A stretch of DNA of 64,000 nt from an uncultured Verrucomicrobiae bacterium (lineage in GTDB: Bacteria > Verrucomicrobiota > Verrucomicrobiia > Chthoniobacterales > JAFAMB01), in contig CAWEXO010000003.1 in the NCBI GenBank assembly GCA_963813025.1, positions 4,413 through 68,412 on the forward strand, written 5' to 3'. This document shows positions 54,023 through 64,000 of the stretch, piece by piece. The first letter of the stretch is position 1; the number at the start of each line of letters is the position of its first letter. Below the pieces are notes generated by a model. That model made no database searches and was not told the DNA's origin. It worked only from the letters and a program-made list of their open reading frames with translations. The position numbers were made by a program, and so were the translations under genes.

Positions 54023-55429
54023 TCATCGGCTAAACAATTCCCGGGCATCCGTAATCTCACCCGCAATTGCCGCCGCTGCGACCATGACCGGGCTCATTAG
54101 TACGGTCCGGCCGGTGGCGCTCCCTTGCCGGCCCTTGAAGTTCCGGTTGCTGGAACTGGCGCAAAGCTGATCGCCGACCAGCTTATCTGGATTCATCGCG
54201 AGGCACATCGAGCAACCAGCCTCGCGCCATTCAAACCCAGCCGCGGTGAAGATCCGATCAATCCCTAGTTCCTTGCAAGCAGCTCCGACGGCCTGCGAGC
54301 CAGGAACCGCGATGGCTCTAATGCCTCGTGCGACATGCCGGCCTTCTATATATTTAGCGACTTCTTTGAAGTCCGACAGCCGGCCGTTGGTGCAACTCCC
54401 AAGAAATGCGACTTGGATTGGAGTTCCTTTAATTGGTTGCCCCGGTCGCAAGTTCATATGTTCGAGGGCTTCCGCGAGCGATCCGCGCTCATCCGCGGAG
54501 GTCGTTTCTGGGGTGGGTAATTTCTCTGAAATGAAAACTGCCTGGCCGGGATTGATACCCCACGTCACCGTCGGCTCAATCTCTGCGGCATCGAAATCGG
54601 CCACATCGTCGTAAACACAGTCGGAATCCGAGACGTATGACTCCCATCGGTTGATCGCCTTCTTCCATTCGTCACCTTTTGGGCTGTAGGGACGGCCCTC
54701 AAGATAAGCGTATGTTGTCTCGTCCGGGTTGACGTACCCGGCACGGGCGCCGCCCTCGATCGACATGTTGCAGACGGTCATCCGCTCTTCCATTGTAAAT
54801 CTGTCGAAGACTTCTCCGCCGTATTCGTAAGCAAATCCATTGCCTCCGTTTACCCCCAATTTCCGAATAATGTGAAGGATCACATCCTTAGCATAGGTTC
54901 CCGCCGGCAGCTTCCCATCGACATTGATCCGCCGGGCTTTCAATTTGCCGATTGCCATTGTCTGGGTTGCCAGCACGTCACGCACTTGGCTTGTACCAAT
55001 CCCAAAAGCAATCGCGCCAAAAGCACCGTGGGTCGAGGTGTGAGAATCTCCGCAAGCGATCGTCGTCCCTGGTTGCGTGATACCCTGCTCCGGACCCACC
55101 ACATGAACGATGCCTTGCTTACCAGAAAAAACGTCAAAGTAGGTGATTCCAAATTCCGCGCAATTCTTGCGCAGTTCCTTAATCATCGCGTCGGCCAGCG
55201 GATCTGAAAACGGCTCGGTCCGTTGATCAGTCGGAATAATGTGATCGACCGTCGCAAATGTCCGATGAGGAAAGGCGACGGGAAGCCTCATTTCCCGAAG
55301 CATTGCGAACGCCTGTGGGCTGGTGACCTCGTGGATGAGATGAGTTCCGATGAGCAACTGGGTTTGGCCATTTCGCAATTCGCGCACTGAGTGCGCCTCC
55401 CATACTTTCTCAAAAAGTGTTTGTCCCAT
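54023..55429 (-). CDS. leuC: 3-isopropylmalate dehydratase large subunit
   Basis: [49 protein letters not shown]; start at MGQTLFEK. Confidence 0.96.
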   Translation of the reverse strand: MGQTLFEKVWEAHSVRELRNGQTQLLIGTHLIHEVTSPQAFAMLREMRLPVAFPHRTFATVDHIIPTDQRTEPFSDPLADAMIKELRKNCAEFGITYFDVFSGKQGIVHVVGPEQGITQPGTTIACGDSHTSTHGAFGAIAFGIGTSQVRDVLATQTMAIGKLKARRINVDGKLPAGTYAKDVILHIIRKLGVNGGNGFAYEYGGEVFDRFTMEERMTVCNMSIEGGARAGYVNPDETTYAYLEGRPYSPKGDEWKKAINRWESYVSDSDCVYDDVADFDAAEIEPTVTWGINPGQAVFISEKLPTPETTSADERGSLAEALEHMNLRPGQPIKGTPIQVAFLGSCTNGRLSDFKEVAKYIEGRHVARGIRAIAVPGSQAVGAACKELGIDRIFTAAGFEWREAGCSMCLAMNPDKLVGDQLCASSSNRNFKGRQGSATGRTVLMSPVMVAAAAIAGEITDARELFSR

Positions 55430-55615
55430 TTTGCAGTATTGTACTCCGTTGTTCTTATAAGGAAAGTTTGCCGCCTGCACAACTGTTTGGCACGTCGACT
55501 TTAGCTTTCCGGCTCCTGGCTATCGGTTTGAACCGCATTTGGCTATATCCGTCCGCTTTCTGCTCCAGCTGCCGTCTTCGTTGTCTCGAATATCAAATAG
55601 TAGGCAGATCGAAGC

Positions 55616-55999
55616 ATGACCGATCTCAATCCGCAGCCAAAGCAGATGGCCGATGAGTCCATGGTACGTGCATTATCCGCGCAGGCGCGGCCGCTCGCAA
55701 AAACAGATCCTTCGAATCTTCCGCCCATGCAAAGTCGCGAATCTACTTTAGCTCCGGCGTCACCAAAACTATGGCCGCCACATCAGTCGAACAAGCCGGA
55801 CCAATCCTTGAAGGATTCAGCCAGGCCAGCAAATCTAGACACAGCGTTTGCCGAAATAGACGAGGAATTGAAGTTCGATTGGCCGGAAAGTTTGGCGGTG
55901 GAGCGAGTCTACAGTGGAATTGCGGAAATTGTAGCCGCTGCCTTCGGGTTGATCGGATTTGTCGTGCTCGCTCTGCGAGCGATTGCTAGGTTTGGATGA
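55616..55999 (+). CDS. Hypothetical protein with low-complexity N-terminus and C-terminal TM
   Basis: 127-aa ORF divergent from leuC; IVAAAFGLIGFVVLAL. Confidence 0.5.
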   Translation: MTDLNPQPKQMADESMVRALSAQARPLAKTDPSNLPPMQSRESTLAPASPKLWPPHQSNKPDQSLKDSARPANLDTAFAEIDEELKFDWPESLAVERVYSGIAEIVAAAFGLIGFVVLALRAIARFG

Positions 56000-56285
56000 G
56001 TGCCTGGTGACGGAGAATCGTTGGCTGGGATGTATTCGTTGTACGCGTCGCCGGACACCTCCTTGTTGCTTGGAGAGGCCGTCGCGCTTAGCTAAGAGAA
56101 TGAGCCAAGGCGAAATAGGCATCGCTTGAAGAAGGGAATCGCCCGAATTTGAGGCGGTTCGCCCTCGTGAAGCACCAACGCAGATTCTGACATTGGCGTC
56201 GAAACCGAACGTCCCTATTGAGAACTGTTCTTCTAGCACAATATGGTTCGATGCATATTATCCCGTATAGCCGGTCGTTAGATAC

Positions 56286-56674
56286 TCAGGTGCTCCCCAT
56301 CGTCTGGACAGGTTCGATGGGTTTGTTAGCTATAAATTTCCTTCAAAAGGAGCGGGGAAAACCAGCCGATTCTTCCGCGCGACCTTTTGTCGGAGTTTTG
56401 TAGGGATTCTGTTATATACGGCAGCAGGCGACCGATTGGCAAGACTGCTGTGCGGCCGCTGATCGTTGTAGAAGGAGAAGTAGCGACCGATACTCCGCCA
56501 GGCGGGTTCGCTTGTGGTTGACGGACCAACCCTGGTCGTGCAACGCAAGGGTCATCCGGCGTACCCCGTAAAAGGGCCAGCGGGTATAGAGTCGGTCCAG
56601 GGCGCTCATCAGCACCAGATCTCCAGGTCTTTTTTCTATCTTAGCGACCTGTCCAGATTTTGGGGAGCAATTCA
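56286..56674 (-). mobile_element. Miniature IS3-family derivative with both terminal IRs
   Basis: tcaggtgctccccatcgtctggacaggt vs tgaattgctccccaaaatctggacaggt (22/28); OrfB scraps PFYGVRRM..VNHKR and FYNDQRPHSSL. Confidence 0.8.
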
Positions 56675-57040
56675 CTCACTTCTACTGAGATAGGGTCGGG
56701 AAGTGTTCAAACTCATAAACGCGACCAATCACAGCAGAGTCGCCATCGAGCGGCCTGCAGGACATTTGCAGATCCATCAGTATCTTGGATGCGAGCCGCG
56801 ATCAAGGACAGTTGTCAATAATGTCTCCTGTGCTCGTTTCGGGAGATAAAGCTACACGGTAAAGTTTTCGGCCATCAAAAGCTATCGCACCAACCATTCA
56901 GTGAGCAACCAGGGGGGACCCAAGGACCTCGCGGGGGATGGAAGAGCGACTCGTTAAGGGTGACAAGGGTGGCCCAGGTTCCAGCTTAGGGGAGTCTTGC
57001 AATCATCTTTTGGGGAGATTAAGATTCGCGCTCCGGAAGA

Positions 57041-57697
57041 ATGAAATTCAAGCTGTGGTGTTTCTTTATCGTCTTAGCCCATACATGTCTGGGACAAAGC
57101 CCAACGGACGCATGGAGTGTGTTTCTTACAATTAATAGTGACATCGTTATTATCGAGAACGGCGTAAAGAGCCCAATATTGAAGAAAAAGGCATCAAGGC
57201 TAGATGCTGTCTTATTAAAGTATCACCCTATTAGCAGAGATTCTGGTGAGTGGAATCAAATCACCTTGGCGGAAGACTATCTTTCGCAACTGAATCATGA
57301 CGCTTTAGTGCTCAAGACCGCTTACGCTTTAATCCATGATAAAAAGGATATAGACTCTTATGACCCGCTTGGTCCTGCCCTTGATGACTTGTACTTGAAA
57401 GCCAATGCTTGCCTTCTCAATAATGGATATGCTGTGGGGTCAGTTCCCGTGAAAGTGCACACGAAAAAAGCGGGCATCGAAGTGTCCAATTGGCGAGTGG
57501 TCTGCATGGCAAAAATTCTCCGATTTTTCACTAATTTTTCACCCACGGCATTTCCTCAGTTGAGCAGTCCTACGAAATGGGAGCTTGCTCCAGGGAATTA
57601 TATTATGTGGGCGGAGGATCCGGAGACTGGAAGGAAATCCTCGCAGCAAGAAATTCCTGTAGATCGAAATCAGGAATGTGACCTTGCCGTCCCATAA
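57041..57697 (+). CDS. Secreted hypothetical protein
   Basis: Signal peptide MKFKLWCFFIVLAHTCLG; 218 aa; lower GC than flanks. Confidence 0.7.
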   Translation: MKFKLWCFFIVLAHTCLGQSPTDAWSVFLTINSDIVIIENGVKSPILKKKASRLDAVLLKYHPISRDSGEWNQITLAEDYLSQLNHDALVLKTAYALIHDKKDIDSYDPLGPALDDLYLKANACLLNNGYAVGSVPVKVHTKKAGIEVSNWRVVCMAKILRFFTNFSPTAFPQLSSPTKWELAPGNYIMWAEDPETGRKSSQQEIPVDRNQECDLAVP

Positions 57698-58334
57698 GGA
57701 AATCAGGCTCCTGATGACCGCTACTGAGCACATTGGTTGGTCCGCGATTGGTAGGAATTGGACTACTTTGACGCAGGTCGCAACTGGGGTAATGACAGTC
57801 GTGGCAACGATTGTTACTCCACCCCCGACACCTGCAGGCACGCAGGGAATTCGGCCCTTCGCTAGTTTTGTCGTGGCTATTCTGGCCGGAATCTTTTTCC
57901 TCGCACTAAGACGGTTCAGAAGACAAGAAGACACACGGTTGTGGGCTGCAGTTGCAGCTATCCTGCTGGCGCTGACCGTTGTGGCGTATTTTTGGTATGC
58001 CAATTTGACCGATAGCCTAACAGTGATGTGGCAGGAACATACTTTCGTTTGTGGAACGGAGCTACGATCAGAAATACAAAAGGTTTACGGATCGACTATT
58101 TCGAAGCCCTTAGTTAGAGAGCTAATCAAGGACGCTGCAGGCGATCCCGCCTTAATTTGGACCGATCAATCTATTCATTCGAGCAAGGACCTACTGAGTA
58201 TCTCCTATCTCGTTATGGTTCCGCTCATCGGTGGGTGCATTATGGCGGCTTCACAGATCGTAATTTGCGTGACACTACCGCGCTCTCGTGAGAAATCTGC
58301 GAAGACCAACAAGAAAAGACCACGGACTCACTAA
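57678..58334 (+). CDS. Hypothetical membrane protein (3-4 TM)
   Basis: Directly follows the previous gene (alternative ATG at 57714); several hydrophobic helices, basic C-tail. Confidence 0.7.
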   Translation: MTLPSHKEIRLLMTATEHIGWSAIGRNWTTLTQVATGVMTVVATIVTPPPTPAGTQGIRPFASFVVAILAGIFFLALRRFRRQEDTRLWAAVAAILLALTVVAYFWYANLTDSLTVMWQEHTFVCGTELRSEIQKVYGSTISKPLVRELIKDAAGDPALIWTDQSIHSSKDLLSISYLVMVPLIGGCIMAASQIVICVTLPRSREKSAKTNKKRPRTH

Positions 58335-58535
58335 TGCACCAAGCCTCTTTTGATGACTAGCGGCGAGACCTACGCTACTGCTTTGCGACGGGAGACGAAG
58401 CCTACGCCGAACGATACTAAATTCAATTGAACAAGGATCGATAACTGCGTCAACTAAATAGCCAGAATTGCCAACCACAGATACTGGTGAGCCTGGATTG
58501 CCCACAAATCTCTAAAGGATTTGTGAGCAATCAGG

Positions 58536-59336
58536 CTAGGGGTGCAACTCACTTGACAAGAATGTCGACACGTCCCGACGCAACATCTGGTAGCCAAGGC
58601 CGCTAAGGTGAATTTGGTCCTGAACGAAAAGGGCAGGATTAGGTTTTTGGTCTGATCCGAGCATCGCCGTGTAAATATCGATGTATTGGGTCGCCGGCTG
58701 GTTCTGCAGGAACGTCTGCACCATCTGATTCAAGCGAAGGATGTTGTCGAGGTAGCGGAGTCGAGCCGGGGACGGTTTAACCGAGATATAGGCAATTGGC
58801 ATCTGCTCCGAATAGCCGCGTAGTGCACGGTAAAGATCCCGGAACGAGGCAAACGCCTGCTCTGGCAGGGCGCCTTGCGCCAAGTCGTTATCACCTGCGT
58901 AGACCACCACCGCCGCAGGCTTAAGGCGTAAGACCAGGCGGGACACATACCGAACGCAATCGCTCAGGCGCGAACCGCCGAACCCGCAGTTGACGACCGG
59001 GTACCCGATAAAATCCTGGCTCAGAGTCTTCCAGCGGCGAATGGACGAACTTCCATAAAATATAATCGGCCGTTGCGAAAACTCAATTCGCCGGTTTTCG
59101 AGTAGGATGACTTCCTGCTCAAACGGACCAACGGAAGGAGCGTGGGACGCCAGTGAAGGAGTGCCACCGGGCATCACCCGCACGCGCAGGTTGAGAGTTG
59201 GAGTTGCTGAGGCAGAACCGGACGTAGAAGCAATGTCGGGGGCGACCTGAGCGTCTGCCGTAAACGCGTTGGCATAAATCGAGATTGCCAACAGGCCCTC
59301 AGCGAATCGTAAATGGTTGCCAGCCTTGAGGCTCAT
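58536..59336 (-). CDS. SGNH/GDSL hydrolase, probably exported
   Basis: FYGSSSIRRW, NCGFGGS, YAGDND, DQIHL blocks; hydrophobic leader. Confidence 0.9.
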   Translation of the reverse strand: MSLKAGNHLRFAEGLLAISIYANAFTADAQVAPDIASTSGSASATPTLNLRVRVMPGGTPSLASHAPSVGPFEQEVILLENRRIEFSQRPIIFYGSSSIRRWKTLSQDFIGYPVVNCGFGGSRLSDCVRYVSRLVLRLKPAAVVVYAGDNDLAQGALPEQAFASFRDLYRALRGYSEQMPIAYISVKPSPARLRYLDNILRLNQMVQTFLQNQPATQYIDIYTAMLGSDQKPNPALFVQDQIHLSGLGYQMLRRDVSTFLSSELHP

Positions 59337-59548
59337 CTTCTACAGAGGGTGTAAAACTGGTTGCCTGACGGTGCGAGAAGGCAATGGATGCCTTTTCAGG
59401 CGTGTCTCCGCGAGCGAGATGTAATGGTTAGCGCCCAGCGCCGGAGGTACTGGGCGAGCCGATTGCATAGCGACCGACCGCAATTCCAAAAACCAGGCGA
59501 ACAGGGGTGCGGTGAGCAGCTGACAGATTACTAAAGCGGAGGTCATCG

Positions 59549-60585
59549 GTATCCGTCTTTCTAACTGCACGGTAATCCCGGCGACGCCGGACTTCGACTG
59601 TTAGATCCTGGCCGCCCAAGCGCTGGGCGTGAGTTCAGGAACTCGACTGATCGGAAAGTCGGCCAAGCCCGGGAGGACAGAGCCGAGGTAGTCGCGGACC
59701 GGCAGGCTCAGGCGGCGACAAGTTTCGACGATCGAAATGATGGCGGCTATTCTTGGTCCAGCCTCTTTACTTCCGACGTGTATCCAATTTCGGCGTCCAA
59801 GAACTACCGGACGCATCGCGTTCTCAGCCAGGTTGTTGCTCAATTCCAACTCCGGATATTCCAGGAAGCGACTGAGGCGACTCCAAAGCGTCAGCGTGTA
59901 ATCGCAGGCCTTGGCTAGAGCACTCTTGGGCAGTGCGCCTATGCGGCCCGCTTGGATTGACGCCTTGATCTGCTCGAGCAACGGCTTGCTTTTCTTCAGG
60001 CGCAGAACGTGACGATCGATTTGGCTCATGCCTTCGTAACGGGCCTGGGCGTCGATAGCAAAAAGCTCATCCATCTGTGCCACGATCTGAATCGAGGTTG
60101 TATCTTTGGGATTGAGCATGACCGCATCGAAGAACTTTCGTCTGGCGTGCGCCCAGCACGCGGCGTGCACGAGCTTTGGGCCACCGATATGATCGTAAGC
60201 GCCCGTAACCGTCGCTTTGCAGTAGGCCTTCGAAGTTGCCCAGGAACCGCTTGGGACCTTCCCGCTCCCTACCAAGCCGGAAGTCAAAGACCACCGGTCC
60301 GGTCGGATGGCTGTATTGCCAGAGGTAAGCCTGGTGATTTTGCCCCGACCATCGTGCATCTGGACTCCCACGGTGGTTTCATCGGCTTGGATATAGGAAC
60401 CGCGCAATAATTCCTGGCCCATCGCGGCGGTGATCGGCCGCAGTAACTCGCCCACTCGCATCACCCAGCCATCCAGAGTCGCTCGGGACAGTTCAATGCC
60501 AGTTCCTCTCTAAAATCGCACTTTGCCTGTAGATCGGTAAGTGGTCAGCATATTTGCTGACCACCGTATCAATGACGACTCGATA
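59549..60585 (-). mobile_element. IS66-family remnant (3' half of tnpC, frameshifted, with terminal end)
   Basis: IQADET, CWAHARRKF, NNLAENAMR, GRRNW; end GTATCCG at 59549. Confidence 0.88.
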
Positions 60586-60683
60586 CGTAAGACCGCTCTG
60601 CCTGCCCGCTTCCGGCACGATGCACCTTAGCTAAACCGCGAAGAAGTATGCTCTCGTCACGGTCTGGGAGTGAGGACGAATAA

Positions 60684-60805
60684 GCGCCGAGCTCGTCTGT
60701 CGAGTCGCCTTCGTGCGCTGGACCGATGCCGGCCACCTGCGCCACTGCACGTTCATCGCGTTGCGCGATGATAAGAATGCCGTTGAAGTCGCGCGGGAAA
60801 CATAG
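60684..60805 (+). pseudogene. C-terminal fragment of an ATP-dependent DNA ligase (LigD-type OB domain)
   Basis: ELVCRVAFVRWTDAGHLRHCTFIALRDDKNAVEVARET*. Confidence 0.7.
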
Positions 60806-61161
60806 AGCTATGAATCGAAAGCATCAAAGCCGGTTGGTAACGCACTTTCGAACGGGCCAATCTCCAGGCAAACAAAGGCGGTCGGCATCACGTACGAGCC
60901 CGTGAGCGCGGAGGACACGCTTTAGGCTATCAAGCTTTGGGGACTAAGGACCAAGGAATAATCCGGTCGACAACGAAAAGGCTTGCTAAGCACTGCCTGG
61001 AGCACTTCAGTTCATTACCGGCTTTTTAGCTCAACGCAAAAATGTTTAAATAGATTGTTTGTCAGTCATTATCAACGGCTACAGCACTCTGGGTTGAGTT
61101 TTGCACCGCCGCTGGCCCAGAGAGGCTTCCCTGGTCACCCGCCTTAGCCAATTAACAGAAA

Positions 61162-62667
61162 ATGGATCCAACGTCTCCTGCCCAAGTCCCGACCGGCGTT
61201 GCTGGGCTCGACCGCATTCTTCACGGGGGCCTGCCCGCCTACGAACTTTACCTGGTGACAGGCAAAGCCGGCACGGGCAAGACCACTCTGGCTCTCCAGT
61301 TTTTGCGCTCAGGCATCGACCTCGGTCAGCGAGTGCTTTACGTCACCTTGTCGCAGACCACCGAGGCTCTGCACAAGCTAGCGCACTCACACGGTTGGTC
61401 GCTCGAGGGGGCAGACATTTACGAAATAACCTCCTTTGGCGTAACCGAGCAAGGCCTTGGCGAACAGACGATTTTTCGTAGTGCCGAGGTCGAGCTGGGC
61501 GAAGTCACGACCGAGTTCTTTGCGGCCCTTGAGCGCGTACAACCTGAGCGGCTAGTCTTCGATTCCCTGGTTCAGTTGCGCCTTCTGGCCAATGACTCGC
61601 TTCGCTTTCAAAGGCAGCTCTTCGCATTGCGACAGTATTCAGCGAGCCGCCGCTGCACAGCAATGCTCATCGACGTTGCCGTCGACGAACGTGCCAGCGA
61701 AGATGTCCAGGACCTCACACATGGCGTCGTGCGGTTGGAGCGCTGGGCACCCGACTATGGCAACGTGCGCAGGCGACTCCTGATCGCGAAAATGCGCGGC
61801 TTGGCGGTGCACGGCGGTTACCACAATTTTACCGTTCGCACTGGCGGACTCGAGGTTTACCCCCGGCTAGTGGCGGGCACGCGACGCGACCGCCAGAGGG
61901 CAGCCCCGATCTCAAGCGGCCTAGAATCCCTCGACATGCTTCTGGGCGGCGGACTGGAGGCCGGCAGCACGACACTCATTTTGGGTGCGACCGGCACGGG
62001 CAAGACTTCCCTGGCGAGCCTTTACGCGAGGGCCGCGGCCCAGCGGGGCGACCGGGTGTCGATCTTCTTATTTGAGGAACGGTTCGAGACATTTTTTGCG
62101 CGCGCCACCGGCTTAGGCATGGACCTGCGGTCCTTCGCCGAGCGCGGACTTCTCACCGCGCAGGAGGTCATCGCGGGCGATTTGTCGGCAGGCGAATTTA
62201 GCGATGTAGTGCGACGTGCCGTGGACCAGGACGGCGCGCGCCTGGTGCTCATAGACAGCTTGTCAGGTTATTTCCACGCGATGCCACAAGAAGAGCAACT
62301 GCTGACCCAAATGCACGAACTCTTGGGCTTTCTGTCCGCCAACGCCGTGCTCGCCTTATTGATCGCTGGCCAACACGGCATTGCGGGTCAGGGCGTCGCA
62401 GGGCCGCTGGACATCAGCTACATGTGCGACACGCTGCTCTTGTTGCGGCACGCCGACGCCGGCGGCGAGATCCGGAAGACCATCGCCGTCATCAAAAAGC
62501 GCTCTGGACCACACGAGAGCACGATCCGCGAGCTGCGCTTTGACTCCGGTGGCATTCTGGTCGGCCAGCCGCTGCGACAGTTCGATGGTTTGCTGACCGG
62601 CACGCCGCATTTTCACGGAGAGCTGGCCACGCTTTTGACGGGCGAACCGCCGAACAAAGAGCCATGA
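61162..62667 (+). CDS. KaiC-like double-domain RecA-type ATPase
   Basis: TGVAGLDRILHGGL, GKAGTGKT, VFDSL, IAKMRG; SGLESLDMLLGGGL, GATGTGKT, LFEE, IDSL, DISYMCD, IKKR. Confidence 0.92.
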   Translation: MDPTSPAQVPTGVAGLDRILHGGLPAYELYLVTGKAGTGKTTLALQFLRSGIDLGQRVLYVTLSQTTEALHKLAHSHGWSLEGADIYEITSFGVTEQGLGEQTIFRSAEVELGEVTTEFFAALERVQPERLVFDSLVQLRLLANDSLRFQRQLFALRQYSASRRCTAMLIDVAVDERASEDVQDLTHGVVRLERWAPDYGNVRRRLLIAKMRGLAVHGGYHNFTVRTGGLEVYPRLVAGTRRDRQRAAPISSGLESLDMLLGGGLEAGSTTLILGATGTGKTSLASLYARAAAQRGDRVSIFLFEERFETFFARATGLGMDLRSFAERGLLTAQEVIAGDLSAGEFSDVVRRAVDQDGARLVLIDSLSGYFHAMPQEEQLLTQMHELLGFLSANAVLALLIAGQHGIAGQGVAGPLDISYMCDTLLLLRHADAGGEIRKTIAVIKKRSGPHESTIRELRFDSGGILVGQPLRQFDGLLTGTPHFHGELATLLTGEPPNKEP

Positions 62668-63875
62668 GCAGCCAGAATCAGGGGTCCTGGGCGCCGGACC
62701 GAGTGCTGATCTTAGCCCCATGGGGCCGCGACGCTGCCCTCCTTGCCCAGGTACTGGGTCGAGCCGGGATCCTCACCGAGACTTGTTCGGACGCCGGCGC
62801 CTTAGCTGTGAACCTCGCGAAAGACGCGGGGGCCGCGATGCTGACCGAAGAAGCGCTCTCGATACGGACGCTGGAACACCTTCGCTCGGCGCTGCAGGTC
62901 CAGCCGCCATGGTCCAACCTGCCGGTGATCCTGCTGCTCGATGCATCCCGCCGCCGCCAGGGTCCGCTAAGTGTAGAGGCCCTTGTACATTGGCTCGGCC
63001 CGTGCCGGCGTATAATTGTGCTCCAGCGGCCACTGCCAGTCGCCACTGTGGTCTCGGTGGTGCAAGCCGCACTTGCCGCTCGCCGCCACCAATACCAAGT
63101 GCGTGACCTGCTGGCCCAGCTACAGGCCATAAACCAGGATCTGGACCGACGTGTGACCGAGCGCACTGCCGTGGCGCGCCACCAAGCCGAACAGTTGCGC
63201 ATGCTAGCGGGCGAGCTAGTGTTAGCCGAGGAGCAGGAGCGCCGCAGATTGGCGGAGCTGCTCCACGATGACCTGCAGCAGATGCTGGTGGCCGCTCAGT
63301 TCCAGCTCACGCTTCTGGGTCGCGCGGGAACCGTATCCGAACAGGGTAAAACCTTGGAGGAACTCGAACGCGTGCTCGGCCGCTGTGCGGAGGCGGCCCG
63401 CTCCCTGACTCTCGAGCTCAGCCCTCCGTCGCTACACCAAGAAGGCTTGGGGGCGGCGCTGGTTCAATTAGCCGCTCAGTTCCATCAACAACACGGGCTC
63501 AAGGTCACCGTCGAAGCCGATGTCGCGGCTGAGCCCGAAACGGCGCAGTTGCGGATTTTTTTGTTCAGAGCTGTGCGGGAACTGTTGCTCAATGCTGTCA
63601 AACACGCCAGCGGCAGCGCGGTCGACCTGAGTCTTGCGCGCGTAACCGACGAGACGGTTCGGCTGGTGGTTGCGGATAAAGGCCCAGGGTTCTGTCCCTC
63701 GGCGTTGGCTGCGCGGCACCCCGGTGCCGGCGGCTTCGGTTTGGCCAATCTGCAGGATCGCGTGGCGGCTCTCGGAGGAGAACTGCGAATCGACAGCGCA
63801 CCCGCTCAGGGCGCTCGATTCACGCTGCTGACTCCGATCCGAATATCGAAGCAGAAAAGCCCTTCGTCTACGTAG
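62664..63875 (+). CDS. Cytoplasmic histidine kinase (degenerate REC-like input + HisKA_3 + HATPase)
   Basis: ATGA overlap; LILAPWGRDA, QPPWSNLPVILL, EERRRLAELLHDDLQQ-type H-box, ELLLNAVKHA, DKGPGF, GFGL. Confidence 0.9.
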   Translation: MSSQNQGSWAPDRVLILAPWGRDAALLAQVLGRAGILTETCSDAGALAVNLAKDAGAAMLTEEALSIRTLEHLRSALQVQPPWSNLPVILLLDASRRRQGPLSVEALVHWLGPCRRIIVLQRPLPVATVVSVVQAALAARRHQYQVRDLLAQLQAINQDLDRRVTERTAVARHQAEQLRMLAGELVLAEEQERRRLAELLHDDLQQMLVAAQFQLTLLGRAGTVSEQGKTLEELERVLGRCAEAARSLTLELSPPSLHQEGLGAALVQLAAQFHQQHGLKVTVEADVAAEPETAQLRIFLFRAVRELLLNAVKHASGSAVDLSLARVTDETVRLVVADKGPGFCPSALAARHPGAGGFGLANLQDRVAALGGELRIDSAPAQGARFTLLTPIRISKQKSPSST

Positions 63876-64000
63876 AATCGGCACTGACAATCGTCTTTAA
63901 ACTGGCCAGGGAAGCCCAAAGCATTGGCGCCGCTCCTAGCGTTTTGAACTCATCCGAAAGGTAGTTATTGGCGCCCGTTTCGTCGATGGGCGAAGAACAA

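Noticed and set aside
55430-55615. Leucine attenuator upstream of leuC
   Set aside because: No Leu-rich leader peptide or terminator hairpin seen.
47484-60585. Composite transposon formed by the two inverted IS66 remnants
   Set aside because: Only the inward-facing ends survive, the copies are diverged, and the cargo includes housekeeping leuCD.

Overview
Accessory, IS-rich 64 kb bacterial region. The LeuC/LeuD N-termini look Verrucomicrobiota-like, which is an inference. From left to right it holds: (1) a large split membrane protein with a putative periplasmic-binding-protein-like ectodomain; (2) a co-oriented trio of a Cys-His-Asp transglutaminase/papain-like protein, a translationally coupled small partner and an alpha/beta-hydrolase-metacaspase fusion, next to a phospholipase D remnant (best candidate for an undescribed system); (3) MgtE-like transporter, Tat-exported beta-carbonic anhydrase, GH13 amylase, FixL/FixJ-like pair, double cupredoxin and DUF4242-adenylate cyclase; (4) a sugar ABC operon and an APC transporter; (5) an IS110 element interrupted by an IS256 and an IS1380, each with a target duplication, which rebuilds to an intact 463-aa ORF with a structured non-coding left end (bridge RNA candidate); (6) a polyol/ketose catabolic cluster (FGGY kinase, SorC-type regulator, 2 SDRs, split transketolase, ABC transporter) with about 16 single-base frameshifts that look like sequencing errors; (7) BON, HdeD, GH15, secreted MetX-like hydrolase, leuCD, SGNH hydrolase, IS66/IS256/IS3 remnants and a KaiC-like ATPase + histidine kinase operon. 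Short fragments of unrelated genes fill many intergenic spaces. All family calls come from motifs recognised by eye; no database search was run.
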